Source of the DNA: Camelus dromedarius
Taxonomy: Eukaryota
Length of the DNA: 64,000 nt
Direction: 5' to 3'
Assembly: GCF_036321535.1 (NCBI RefSeq)
Contig: NC_087437.1
Span: 52,950,001 to 53,014,000, forward strand
Shown: piece by piece, positions 1 to 12,900 of the stretch
Numbering within the stretch: position 1 is the stretch's first letter
Layout of the letters: every line of letters begins with the position of its first letter
Position numbers and translations under genes: made by a program
Notes under the pieces: model-generated
Told to the model about the DNA's origin: nothing
What the model saw: the letters and a program-made list of their open reading frames with translations, nothing else
The model's database searches: none

Positions 1-879
1 TGACTTCTCCAGCCATGCTGCACGTTTGCTAAAATGTAGGCACACAGATACAGAGCATGTGATGCTTGGGTGGGCAGAGGGCTAGCTTCTGTGGGCCAGG
101 GAGCTGCACAAACTTTGGTTCAACTCCCACTCATTTCTGGGAGATAGATTTCTCCGTTGGAAGACCACGGACATCAAGGAAAATTTTCCAGTGTGAGTGT
201 GTCGGTGTGTTTTCAGATCACAGGCTTGGCACTTCTGTGTCTGTAGAACCATAGGAAGGAAAATCTTGAGATCACTTGTCATGTCTGGGATGCTGCCAGG
301 CCCCCCAGGAGGTTTTATTTAGAAATGTTCAAGGGGGAGCATGTCATCCCGGCTTCACCTGCTCTTCTCTCTGGGTAGGAAAGAGTTACGCTTTCCTTAT
401 TCCCACCCCGGACATTTTATTTTCACAGTTCTTTGAAGTGCCCTCAGAGAGCTAAGCATCAGGCTGAAGGCTCTGTGTATCTTTGCAACAGATTAGAACA
501 TATTCACGTTTTATTTGTGCACAGCAAATATTTCCCTTGGAATGAAACCGAGGCAACGGGACAGGATCAGACAAGACCAGCCACCAAAGACAGCACCCTC
601 AGCCCCCAGGACCGACGTGGTTGGTTCTCCCCTACTGGCTCACTTAAGCCACATAGACCATATTGACTGGTTCATTGATTCATTCAGAAAGAATCATTGA
701 GCCCCAACTATGAACCAAGCACTGTGCAGGTTACAGAAATAACAGAAACAGTCTGTCCTCAAGAGCTCATAGTCAAGTAGGAGAGATAAGAGGTGTTTGT
801 ATATGAATGACTCTAATCGCGGTGAAAAAGATAAGTCTCTAGAACTCGGGAGATCAAAAGTGCCGTGGTGGGTAATTAG

Positions 880-1110
880 ACTGTGTGTGTGTCGGGTGTG
901 TGTAAAGCAGGGGACGAGCGGAAGGTGTGTGGTGCAGTCAGTCGTGCTGTGTGTGTGCCTCTGCTGGGGCTTATGTGTATGTGCTGGTGGGGGTGGTGTG
1001 TATATGTGTGGGGGAGTATGTGTATGTAGGTAGGGAAGACTTTTAGGCAAGGGAGGATGGGTAGACAGAATGGTGGGATACATGTATATGGTGATGGTGT
1101 GTGTGTATTG
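880..1110. repeat. Degenerate TG/G-rich low-complexity tract
   Basis: Interrupted tgtgtg, tatg and gggg units. Explains the His/Thr/Pro-rich and Cys/Val-rich ORFs here. Confidence 0.8.
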
Positions 1111-1904
1111 GCCAGGGCGCTGGTAGGACTGAGAGATGGAAGGCCGGCTGGCAAGTGCAGGCGGGGAGGAATAGGGCTGGTGGTGACTGGGCAGGAGGAG
1201 GGCCCCACAGGCAGAGGAGCTGAGCCAGCAAAGCCACGGAAATGAGAAAACTCTGAGGGGCACGGGCACGGGCAGTCATGGGGAGAGTGGGTGGTAGGAA
1301 ATAAGCTGGGAGTGAGTGTTGAATTTTGATAGACATTTTCTAATCAAGACGATGGCAGTTTTACAGCCTCCTCCTACGCTTCTGCAAGGATCTTGGGGTA
1401 AAGGAGCCTTTTCCTTCCCTGAGGTTCAAGCCCCAGCTAGAAGTTGGGCCTCAGGACTGAATCTCTGAGCATTCACTGCCCACCCCTTCCCCCCGCGCGC
1501 CCCCCCCCCCCACTCTCTCACACACACACTCGGCTGCTGGACCAGGTGTAGTCCTTATAGTTTCCAGCCTCCAGAGCTCTCAGGATAGCAAAGGTGGATT
1601 CCACTGGGCCTGGGGCAGAGGGGGTTTAAATGCTAGAATGTCTGAGGCAGTCAGAGGACCTGCCAGCAAAGCAAAGGGCTCTCTAGCCCCCTCACAATTC
1701 ATGGGATGCCCGGGCTAGACCTGCACTTTGTGGAGCTTTTTAAAGAACAAACAAGGAGGCAGATGGTAGGAGTTGGCTCCATTTCTCAAATTTTGGTTTG
1801 CTTTTCATTACTTTCCCCTCTCTAGATAGGGTCAAAGCTGCTGCATGATTAAAACATAGCCAGATAAGAGTATTTTATTTCCATCTAATTAGACAAGGCA
1901 AAGA

Positions 1905-2135
1905 AACTAACATTTATAGAAAGCCTAATGTTTGCAAGATCCACGTCATCGTCATAGTTCCCTGAGCGGTAAATATTTTTCCCATTTTACAGATGAGGAA
2001 ATTAGGGCTAAGAGAGGTAAGGTAACTAGCACAAAATCACTCTAATAACTTCTGCAATGAGTTCCCTGTCACTAGTCTCCTAGCTGAAGTTGAATCCAAG
2101 TCTATTTGGCATTAAGGACCATGCTCTTTACATAA
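1905..2135 (-). mobile_element. MIR SINE (one of many in the window)
   Basis: Core cccattttacagatgaggaaa...agagaggtaaggtaact. Similar cores lie near 6.0, 14.4, 18.1, 47.3, 47.9, 51.5, 52.2, 55.2 and 58.1 kb. Confidence 0.75.
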
Positions 2136-2489
2136 TGCTCCCTGAAGTTTAGGTGGCAGCATGATATAGTGAGGTGATGGTGCATTTTCCTGTTGGACAG
2201 ACATAGGTTCAAATCCAAGCTCTTCTCTGTGCTGACTAGGTATGTGAGCTTGTCTTCCTCCTTTCCTTGCTTCCTTGGCAAATACTCACCAAGAGTCTAT
2301 TACATTCATGTCAAGCACTGAGTAGGGACTGTATCAGTTAACTCTACAGTCCCTGGCCTCCCAGAGCTCCAGCCTGATGGATAATGCAGATCGCGAAACA
2401 GGCAATTAGGATGCAGTTTGAGAAGTGCTATGATGGGAAAGCACCAGATGCTGTGGGAGCTTCTCTTTCCAATATGGCTGCCACTGACC

Positions 2490-2730
2490 CCAGGCTAGTG
2501 GTGCCAATATAAAATAAATACTGGATTTTGAAGACTTAGTATAAAAAATAATGTTAAGTAACTCCATTTTTATATTGAGTACAGGTTGAAATGATAATAT
2601 TTTGGGATATGCTGAGTTAAATATTTGTTTAAAGTTTATTTCACCCATTCCTTTTTACTCTTTCTGCGGCTACTAGGAAATTTAACCTTATATATGTGGC
2701 TAACATTATATTTTCATTGAATGTCTCTAC
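2490..2730. mobile_element. MER33/MER3-like hAT-Charlie DNA transposon remnant
   Basis: ctggattttgaagacttagtat...ttgaaatgataatattttgg...gctactaggaaatttaa...tatgtggct matches recalled MER33. Confidence 0.75.
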
Positions 2731-4119
2731 TCTGAAAGAATGAAAACATGGGATGATATTTCTTAGTGCAATGATCCAAGGACATTTATCACATGACCTC
2801 CCCAGGAAGGCACACAAGAGATGCTTAACAAACAGGAGCCTCATTCCCGTCCCACATCATCTAAGTGGCCACTGTGGGAAGGGTTGTTCACTGTGGGACC
2901 CTCGGTCCTCTGCTGTAAAGAGCGTATCAGGTGACAGCTGGAGAGCCTCTTGTTCAGCCCCTTTGAGAATGCCTTAGTCTTCAGGTCCTACTTCTTGAGA
3001 GGTAGCTTTTGTAATCCTTCTCTCCCCTCAACCCAAAAAACCCAGGGCTGGCAATCAGATGAAATAAATGTTGCTTATTGTCATGACCCCTAGCCATCTT
3101 TGCTTTCCTTTATTTTAGCAGAAGAAAACCATATGAAATATTTTGAGTCTGATGTTCAATATCCTCATTGGATTGAAAGAGAAGAGGAACCACAGGATTA
3201 ACAATAAGGTCTTTTCTACCTGTTAGCTTGATAAACCTGGGAGAGGTCTAGGGAATTGACTAGTCTCACTGTGATGTCCACTCATCAGAAAGTGAGGCTC
3301 TGAGAGGCAGGTGGCTTGCCTAGGGTAACAGAGCCAGCCAAGGTGGATGGGGCATGGAACCCATCCTCCCAACCCGCGTCATCAACATGCGTCTGCCACT
3401 CCACACTGCCCATCCTTCTCTGAGATGCTCCCTCCCAGCTCCTCCCTTCCCCAGGTTCCGCCTGCTTGGCACTTCATCCTCTTCTGCTGCCCTCTCTCTC
3501 TGACCTGTTGGTGTCGTCCCTTTAATGTTAGGGGCAGCAGAAATGGGAGTCAAAAGATCTAGATAGGTTAAAGGATGGGAAGAAATTAACAAGACAAAAT
3601 GGAACAGAAAAAAAAAAAAGAGATTTTTGAATAGACACTAACAGATGAAGCCAGGGAGACTTTCTTGGTCTTAACAGAGGTTCAAGTGAAAAGACAACAA
3701 GGTTGTGTTTAGAGGAGCATGGATGGGGACTCACAGCCTCACAGCTTGAGCCTGGCCATGTGGCTTTGGGAAAACCTTTGTTTCCTCATCTTTAATCAAC
3801 CCCTCAGGGTTATGTGGAGTAAAGGAGACATGTTTCTGAAAGGACTTTGTGATCTGTGAAGCACCATACCAACGGTAGTTATTAGCATTCATTAGAGGCT
3901 GGGAGACATCAGCTGTGAGAACAGGTGACTTAGCAAGGTGCTGCAGGTGCCAGAGAAAGCCCACTGGTCTCCAGAGTGAGGGATGTGGCTCTGCACTTGT
4001 ACGCCTGTTTCTGTGCTGTGTTCAGCTCCGGGAATCGCAGTTTAAGAGAGACCTTGGCAAACTGTTGTTGTTCCAGAGAAAGTTGCAAGAATAGCTTAGG
4101 GTCTGAGACTCAAGACATA

Positions 4120-4480
4120 CAACGGATGATTTAAGGATTTAGAGGATGTTTAGTCTGGAGGGGGAAAAAAACACTTAGGACGAGGTGGCCATTTCCAAAT
4201 ATCTAAAAGCTGCTCTGCAGGGTAGATTTATTTTGTGTTACCAGAGACCAAGTCAGGGCCCAGTGATGGGAGTGAATGGTAAGCAGACTTGGGTGCAAGA
4301 TTTGCCATCCAAGGCTCAGAAAACTGCTCCTAAATGGGCTTCCTGGGAAGGTAGTGGGCTACTCATGAGCGGAAGTCTTCAAGCAGAGGCGGCGGTGCAC
4401 CGGACAGGTGCCGCCCTGCAGAGATTCGCTCCGGCTAGAGGTTAGGCTGAGTGCTCTCTGGGAGCCCTCCAATTCTGAGA
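4120..4480 (+). mobile_element. L3/CR1 LINE 3' fragment
   Basis: ggatgtttagtctggag...ttccaaatatctaaaagctg...aatgggcttcctgggaaggtagtgggct...ttcaagcagaggc...ccctccaattctgaga matches the CR1/L3 3' end. Confidence 0.65.
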
Positions 4481-5804
4481 CCACAACCCTCTCCTTATCT
4501 CTCTCAGCTTTCTTAGCTGCTTCCATTGTTGCTTTTTGCTGCCTTTGACTTCTTGTTCTCCCAGTGAATAGCTTTAGGGTTTTAGATTCAGAAATATTCC
4601 TGTAACAATTGAAAGTCTGGTTTAATTGAAAGTAGGAGTAAGAATATTTAAAAACAAAGGCAGGTTTGTAACTTTTAAGGACACACAATAACCTGTTTTG
4701 TGGGGGAAGGAGCAGGAACAGGGTCTCTTGTGTTAGAAAATCTTGTAACTGTTATAGCAAATGGCTTATTCTTCGCCATTGTTTAAAATGCAAACACAAC
4801 TGCTAAAAGGCCTTTGTTCTTGAATGGACCAGCATTTTCCTTGTTTACCTAATTGTTTTGTTAGCTACAGAGACTCAAAATTCTCACTACAAGAGTTCTC
4901 TATCATAGATGAGACTTCTAGGTTCGTAATTTGTGTTTTGCTGATTTGGAAATATCAAATTCTGTACAAGAGGGGGTTTTCTTGAATTCTTGACTGTAGA
5001 AAAGCCATTTTCTTGAGGAAAATATTTTTCATGCATAGTTAGTGTTTCAGCCAGGAGGAAGGTGAGCGCTGAGTCTCCCCAGCTGAGTGGGCAGCCCAGC
5101 TATTTCCAGTATTTAGTTCTGCCCCCGAGTAGCAATTATGCATCTGTCTCACAGTGCCCCACCTCAAACATCCCAGCCATCATTTCAGAAAACACCACCT
5201 AGACTTAGAGGCACAAAATAGAACTCGTCAAGTCCAGGTGGAAGGGGGAGGGAGTGGGGAGGAGTGAGTAACATTTTGGGTAGGTTCCCTGAGGCAGCAG
5301 GGTCACAGAGACTGAGGGTTCTGGGCGTGAGTTTCGGGGCTTTTGGAACCTTGCTGGTTAGTTGTGGCAGGAAGAGCCTGGAGAGCAAACAGCAGTGGGG
5401 CTTCACACTTGGGGAGTGGCCAGGCTGGGCGGGGGTTGGGGGGTGGGGGCTGAGAAGGCAGCAGGAGCCTGTAGGCAGTTGCCAAGCATCCACGACCCCT
5501 CTTCCCAGACGGCTGCCCCACCTGGAGCTGCTGTGTTGAGCCCGTGTGTCCTTGCCCAGCTCCACCCAGATGTAATCTTGAACCTTTGGCTCAGGACAGC
5601 TTTCACCTGGAGATGGGCTGAGGGACCTGATCTTGGGGTCTAAATTCTGGGGTGAGGGGCCAGCCAACCCTGATGTGAAGTCTACTATCTCGCTTCCCCT
5701 TTGCCCTTGCATTGCAGCCAGGCTTCCTCTCTAGGTGTCTTCTGTCTAAGGCTGCTCTTCTACAGGCTCCTCCTAGAGTGGTCCTGCCCTCCAGCAGGTG
5801 TGGC

Positions 5805-5965
5805 TCAGTGGTTCTCAAGCTTTCGTGGGCACAAGGATCAACAGTCCCAGGTTACAGAATATCAGATCTCAGAGGTTATGATTCAGGAGAATTTGAGTGG
5901 GGTCCAGGAATCTGGTGTTTCTGATGTAAGCAGTCCACAGGCCATATTAGGAGAAACATTAGTTT
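5805..5965. mobile_element. MER5-type hAT element
   Basis: cagtggttctcaagcttt...tgattcaggagaatttgagtggggtccaggaatctg...gagaaaca. Confidence 0.6.
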
Positions 5966-6873
5966 AGAGGAGAGAACATGAATCTGGGGATATGAGAGAG
6001 ACAGAACTAAGTTACTTATTGTGCTACTTGCTGAGCAAGTTCATTACTATTTCTGAACCTCTGTTTCCTCATCTATAAAATGCTAACCACTTCACAGGGG
6101 ACTCTTCAGAGGTCAATGAGATTAGGTAGATAAAATGTTCAGCAAGTGCTTATGTAATAGGATTTTGGGCTTCCTCTCTCCCTCCTTCAATATCAGCGAA
6201 GTGAAAACAGAGCATTTCCAGTCTTCTTGGTCCTGGTGTATCAGTGGCTCCTTCCTTCCCCAGCAGTGCGCAACTGTGGAGAGGCCACAGAATAGTCTAG
6301 AGAAACGTGCACATCTCCAGTGCTCTTGGCTGGCCAGACGATCCTGATTTCTCAAGCAATGGCATAAAAAACAAACAAACAAACAAACAAAAACAGGAGG
6401 TCAGAGGCCAGACATCTGCTGTCCTTTTTATTTGCAGTAAACCACAGAGTCAGACATACACACACACAGTACGTTATAGAACAAGTCCACGGCACTCAGG
6501 GCAGGCAGGCTGGAGCAGACACCCACTGTTACAGAACAACAGGTCTATGGGTGGGGGAGGCAGCGGAGGTGGACAAGCCAGGAGGGAAGGATCTGAACCC
6601 TGGCACTGTCTCGCTAGTTGCTGCCTTGTCTCGGCTGGTAGATTCTGCGTTAGGGACCACAGCTGAGATGTGTTAGAACCTTTAGTCTCACTCAACCTGT
6701 GCCCAGGGTCATCCCCAAACACTGAGGTTTGGCTAAGTTCCCTAAGAGGAAGCAATTCTTTTCCACTGTGGGACTGAATTCTCTCCTAACACACTGGCAA
6801 TTAGAAAGGGTAAAATAAATTTGATACACAGAAGAGAAAATGTTTACACCTCAAGGATTGAGTATGTGTGTCA

Positions 6874-6876
<3 letters not shown>

Positions 6877-6912
<36 letters not shown>
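6877..6912. repeat. (TG)18 microsatellite
   Basis: Perfect dinucleotide run read directly from the sequence. Confidence 0.97.
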
Positions 6913-6915
<3 letters not shown>

Positions 6916-9900
6916 TGAGGCTTATCAAAGAGTTTTCTTGCAGCGTTTTTTTCATGTTGCCCCCCCTCCCCAAATCAGCTGACTTCTGAGCATGATCAAT
7001 CTTCAAAAGGGAGGGAAGGCAGATCCTCGGTGGAGAGGCTGGGAGTGGCCCTCTGGGGTCAGCAGGCCTAGGGGGTCTTGGGCCTGATGGGAGACCCAGG
7101 AGAGCAAGAACCGCAGGGTTTACCCCAGGCAGAGGCAAGATGGTTGAAGTGGGAAGGTCTTCAGATCCCCCTTGTGTGACAGATGGAGAAAGAGTTGCGG
7201 GAAGACTAAAGGGTGTGTCCAAAGCCATGAGGCTGAGACGGGACTGCAGCCCACTCCCCGTGCTGCTCTTGTGGCCAGGCAGGGTTTCATCCTTCCTACC
7301 ATTACAGGACATGGAAGGGTGCCCTTCCTCAGCAGCCTCTATAGAACATTTGCCAGACTTTTCCAAGACAGAAGGGTCTTACTTGCTTTCTGCAGAGAGA
7401 GAAAAGCATCCATCAGCATCTCCTTAACAGGTGGCTTCTTGGAATTAGGATTGCTTGCTAACAATAAGCCTTTCCCTGAAATATCTACCGAGCATCAAAG
7501 ATGACGGTACAGAGAGGCACACAAGGTGACTCCTTGCCGTTCTGTGGGAGAGGCAAGCCGGGTCAGTGACTTGCTGTTGGATCCCTTTCTCTTCAGTTGG
7601 GTCTCTTGCAATCTGGAGAAGAAAGAAACAAGATGCTGCAGGTTTTGCAATCTGCCTCCTTAATGGGACCTGCCCATTAGATGGCACTGCCCCTATCAGG
7701 ACTGTAAGCTACCTTGGCAGGTTTGCATAGATCAAAAGGGACACATTCTGGGGCATTAGGCCCTGTCCAGGCTTGCTCCTGACCCAAGGGCCTGGGAAAA
7801 TGGCTTTGGAGAGGAATTCTGTGTATGGTGACATAGGAACCAATGCTGAATAACCACCAACCATTACTTAACTACCCTCAACAGAGCAGACGTCATGCTA
7901 TACGGCAACCAACTCAATGTGAAAGTTGGACTCAATGGCATCTAAAGAGAGGCCGTTCCAACAAAAGGGCCTATGATTCCAGAAGTCCCTGTTCAATGGG
8001 CTTTTCATATTAATTCAGATAATCTATCAGGAATTGTGACTCCAGAAGGGTCATACTTGTGGGATGTTGCTTATTTGTTCTATTTTTGTTGATTTTATAG
8101 AAGCCAAACTCTTCTAACTGCCGTGGCCTCTAACCTCTTCTTTGTTTCTGATTCTGTTGTTTTCACGGTCTGGGATGTTGAAGTAATGTCATTCTGGGTT
8201 AAACTTCCCAACAGTTCTATACCCACAAAGGTGCTTTACGCCTGAGATGTGACTCCAAAGGTAAAGAGAAAAAGGAACCCAGTATTGACTGAGGTTTAAA
8301 TGAGATGTTGAGAGCAATTTCCTGATGGGAGAAGTTGCGAGACACTGGAGTGCATCCTGAAACTGGGCCCTGGACTGTGTCCTCTGATCTCTCCTGGGTC
8401 TTCTAAGCACAGACTTGCCTGGAGATAACAAAGTGGGCAGATACCCCTTAAGATCCACCTGATCCTCTGATTTTATGTAGAAACACTCTAAAAATAGAAT
8501 CATGGTGGGCAGGGAATGAAGAGAAACATCAGGAGGATAAAAGAAACGAGAAAAAGTAGAAGCAGCAGGCCCTTTGGGGAGTGGGGTGGGTGGAGGTTGA
8601 GAAGAGCAGAATGTGATGGGAGAAAGTCAGGGAACTGACTGAAACATGTTAAGAGGTACTTGCTTAGCAAGTAGACATTGTTTAATCATGAAATATTTAT
8701 GGATGAATACATGAATAAATGCATTATTCATCTGCTCCACTCCCATTTTACAGGTGGAAAACCTGAGATATAATATGACTTGCCCAAGTCCCTGCTGCTA
8801 ACAGGTGTCAGGGTAGGAAGTGGAGTTGGCCCACAAGAGAAGCAGTGTGGCGCTGAGCAGAGGGAGGAAGGTACTTGACCCCAGCTGATGCTGCGTGGGG
8901 AGGACGTGCCCTGGGCAGTGGCCTCAGAAGGAGACAGGTTGAGACCCCAGTCTCCTCTAGCGCTGCTCCAGCTGCCCAGGCCTGGAGTAACTGAGGCAGC
9001 AACATGGAGCCGATTTCTGCAAAGGGCCTTGTGGGTCCTTCCCGACCCTTTCTTTTCCTCAAGGGCAGCAGAAGAACCAAACTCTGACCTGAAATTGTCC
9101 CTACTCCTCTTGGGAGCCATGTAAAACTTCTGCTGGGTTTGGAGGCTGGGCCCCTGGCCTTCCCTTGCTTTCTCTGTCTCCTCACTCCTGAGTTTCCAGA
9201 ATTCAGTCCCCCAGAGTTTCTCTCCTCCTTCAAGAAAATGGAATCTGGGAAAGGACGAGTGTTCCTCTCACGTCCAGTGCAGGCAGGATCAGTTTCCTGC
9301 AGACGACCTGCCTTTGAGAATATCCAGCAGATTTCCATAAACGCCCCTGCCCTTTCTTGTCCCCTTTCAGGGAAGATGGGACTTCCTATTTCATCTCTCC
9401 CTCTGCCCTAGACCCTGCTCACCACCATCTCACATGGGACATCTGAGCTGGAGTCCTCTGAGTCGTCAGGAAGCCTTCTGCCTGGGATGCTGTTTCTCTC
9501 AGTACTCCTTGGTCCTGATCCCAAGCAGTACGGGCTCATCATGGAAGAGAGCCGAGGGGAGGGCAGCACCGCTGGGAAGAGGGTTCAACATCTGCCAGTG
9601 AGCTCTGTCTTCGGAACCCTTATGTCCCCCTCTGGGAACTGTGCCAATTTTGCTCCGTGGGATATGGGAGGGGACATTGTGCTTCCTTCTCCCTGCTCCA
9701 AACGGCTCACGGACAGCAGTACAGACAGGCCTCTCGTTTCAAGAAGACAGAGAAAAGGAAAGCCACATTGCCTGGACGAGGCAGCATGGGCATGCAGACA
9801 TGGCCCGCCATCCTGCCCAGAGCTCTTCTCCAAGCCCGGGAGAGCTCATGTGTGTTCATGCTCATCAGCTGATCCTGGGCTTCAGGGCCAGGGGTTGGGC

Positions 9901-12900
9901 TGGAGGAGGGAGCTCAGAAGAGACGGTGGTCTTCCAAAGAGGGGATGCTCTGGGAGGGAACCATGTTCCCGCCCTCAGGATGATGAAAACAATCTTCATT
10001 CCTGTCTTAGTCAACACAGACTCCCATTCCTCAGGGCAGCAGTGTCAGGAAAGGAGAAGGTGGTGCTTGATCTTATGAGCCCCAAGGTATTGGGGGACAG
10101 GGTGGCAGGGTGATGAATGAGCCAGAGGTCTGCAGATGTGCACTGGGGGTATGGATAACACTTTTCCTCCTGATGTGTGGGAAGCCAGATGGGTGCTCAG
10201 TTAGGTCACCAGCCACACAGGCTGGGAATTAGGCCTTGCTTTCCAGTTGGTGCCACCACCTAGGCTGTCCTTGAATAGTACACATTTCATTTATTGACTA
10301 AGCTGGGCTGAATATTCTGGAATCTGCTGTCGCTCATTTTCCCTGCTTCTCTTGGGTTTGTCAGAGTCACTCTGAGAGCAAGCTGAGCAACCACCTTGCC
10401 CGCCATCTTGTCCAGAACATCTGCAGTCGCCCGCCCTGACCCCAGCAGCTAAGCGCAGAGCCTTTGGGAAGCTCCCTGCTCTCCTTACATTTTGACTATG
10501 GAAAATGATGGCTCACCTGCTAAGTGAGCCAACGCTTCACAACCAGGCCTCCCAGACGTTCTCTCGGGGGTTGACACACCTCCAGTTCAGTTGCCCTGGG
10601 GAGGGGAGGACCAGTCTGTACACCTCAGCAGCTGACCCTCTCCCCTAGTCTGGCTTCCTACTCTTCATGTGGTGGGAGCAGTCACTAGAACCGTTCTGTG
10701 TATGATTAAGTGAACCTGCAAGTACGATGTTTTAATGGTTTTCCTATCACAACCAATCCTGTGCCAAGTCTTTCTCCGACTCCTAATGCTTTAAACAATT
10801 TTTATTTCAAAAATAAGAACACACACCATTCAGGTAAAGCTCTAACTCCTTCAAGCGCTCTGCATTTTCTCTCTGGCATCATTACTGCTTATGACACTTT
10901 CCAATTTAGTGTCTTTTGAGAATTTAGTTAATGTGCTGTTTACCTTCCTCTTTCCAGATCAATCAGGAACATTTTGAATACAGTTAAGATCTTCCTTGGG
11001 TTCCACCCAAAACTTTCTCCTATCAGTGATAGAGCAATGTCCTGATTAACTATTTGTGACAACTGGATTCAGTCAGTTGGGAAATGACTGAGCTCATATG
11101 TACAACACCCTGACATCTTCCTCCAGCAACGTGGATGATACACACACTATACACTTATGAAAGGATCCCCCATAATGACGGATGTGTAGTAGTTTAATGT
11201 GAGATGACATCTACAATTTAAAGTATTCCAGTGGGAAAAAAAGATGGAACCAATAAGGCAAAGTGATAGCAACTCCTGATTCTCAGTGATGGGCACAGGG
11301 GCTCTCGTTCTACTTGTGGCTTTACTTTTCCGTATGTTTGAAAATTGTCCTAATAGAAAGAGCTTACTCCCAGATGTTCTAATTCCAGGAATTATATTTA
11401 ACTGGGGGTGGGGAATCAGGAGGCTGGCAGGGAGGGGATGGGAGTGAGAATTGCTTAATCCTCTGAAGTTTATGATCATTACCTTAACACCTGGTAGAAG
11501 CAGGGTGTGATGATAGCAAACCCCAAAGAGTAATTCAGTGACATCCTCTATCATTAACACCTTCCATGCATGCATGGTTCTCTGAAAGATCTAGTTTTCA
11601 ATCTTTTTACCTCAAGAATGTTGGGGAGAGAGGGAATAGTCACCAGGAAAATTTTTCTTTTCTTGAAGGTCATGCGATCTTCTGGTAACCAATTGGTATC
11701 AGTTTTCTTTACCCAAAAAAAGGACAAAAAAAACAGTTTATCAATTACTTTATAAGTACTGTCATTTAGTTCCTCAACAGCAAATGCAGACTTGAGGGAA
11801 TCTTTTTCTGGATTGCCACTTACATTGTGACATTTATAAATTTTTTTTGTATTATCTAACATAAAAAGAAATCACCATTTTCATTATCCCTCACTTGTAA
11901 TTCTTGTGAAGATTCCATTTTTAAAAGGATTTTTTTTTTTCTGGAAGGGAAAAAGTTTTTTTGCATTATTCTAGAAGCAGTCTTTTTACTCCAAATTATG
12001 ACTCATTCAATACATTTTTAAAAGGACACTTCAAATCTCCATCCCACCTTTAGATATCAGTTACAAAATTCTGATGTTTGCCTGACCTCACTTTACTTGC
12101 TCCTGATCTTTGATACGGTCTCTGTGTATCTTTTAATATGATCTTTAATATTCTGTGAATACTTTGATCTGGCTGAGTTCTTCGCCAGGTGTTCCTGTTG
12201 GCTCTGTCCTCTGAGTGGTGTCTTAGGAGATGGCCCCACCATGTGTGGGAGAGAGGGCCTAAGAAGGGAGGTGGGCAAGGCGTATATGGACTTGCTGCTG
12301 CCCGGAGGTGCTCTTCTCAAGAAGTGGTCCTCTGCGCCCAAAGGAATGCTGTTTTCCACTCCAGCTCTGTTGAAAAGGGAGGGGACTTGGATTTCGAGTT
12401 TGAGAAGGAAGTACTCATGCACAGGGGGTCAGTTTGGGTGGAGTAAATCCTTGTCATCATGCTGGCAGCTCAGATGCCTCGGCGAGGGCCCTGCAGTCAC
12501 CAACATGGGCTCTGAAGGCAGATCCCAATGGATCTGAACCTGGATCTTCCCCTACGAGATCTGCTCCATTTCTTGGTTTCCTCATTTATCAAATGGGGAG
12601 CCATACAGCACTGACGTCATAAGGTTCTTGTGAAGTTTGAAAGTGGTCATAAAAGCAAAAGGCTTTGGACTGGACAGTAAATGGTAGGTTTTATTTAACT
12701 ACCATTTCATCAATGCCAGGACATTTCCATTTTTCCATTAACTCAACTTTAAGCTTTTTTAAGAAAAGGATTTCTCTGTCCTTTCTCCCATTTGTGGACT
12801 GTAGTGTTCAAGCTCATCTCCCTTGCCCAAATAAACCTGCTAAAAATCCATTCTCTCTCTCTTTTCATCTCATGAGTCTATATCTTATTATGCTGATTTC

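Noticed and set aside
694..1269. 191-aa His/Thr/Pro-rich ORF
   Set aside because: Artefact of the TG-rich low-complexity tract.
9487..10113. 208-aa plus-strand ORF
   Set aside because: No recognisable domain, composition typical of random GC-rich sequence, overlapping ORFs in other frames, and no promoter or splice support.
12093..12422. 109-aa minus-strand ORF considered as a processed pseudogene
   Set aside because: No parent protein recognised and no poly(A) tail or TSD; the flanks look like degraded LINE sequence. A tblastx search would settle it.
12612..12619. Second full CRE TGACGTCA
   Set aside because: Isolated within a MIR in CpG-poor DNA, so likely methylated or chance.
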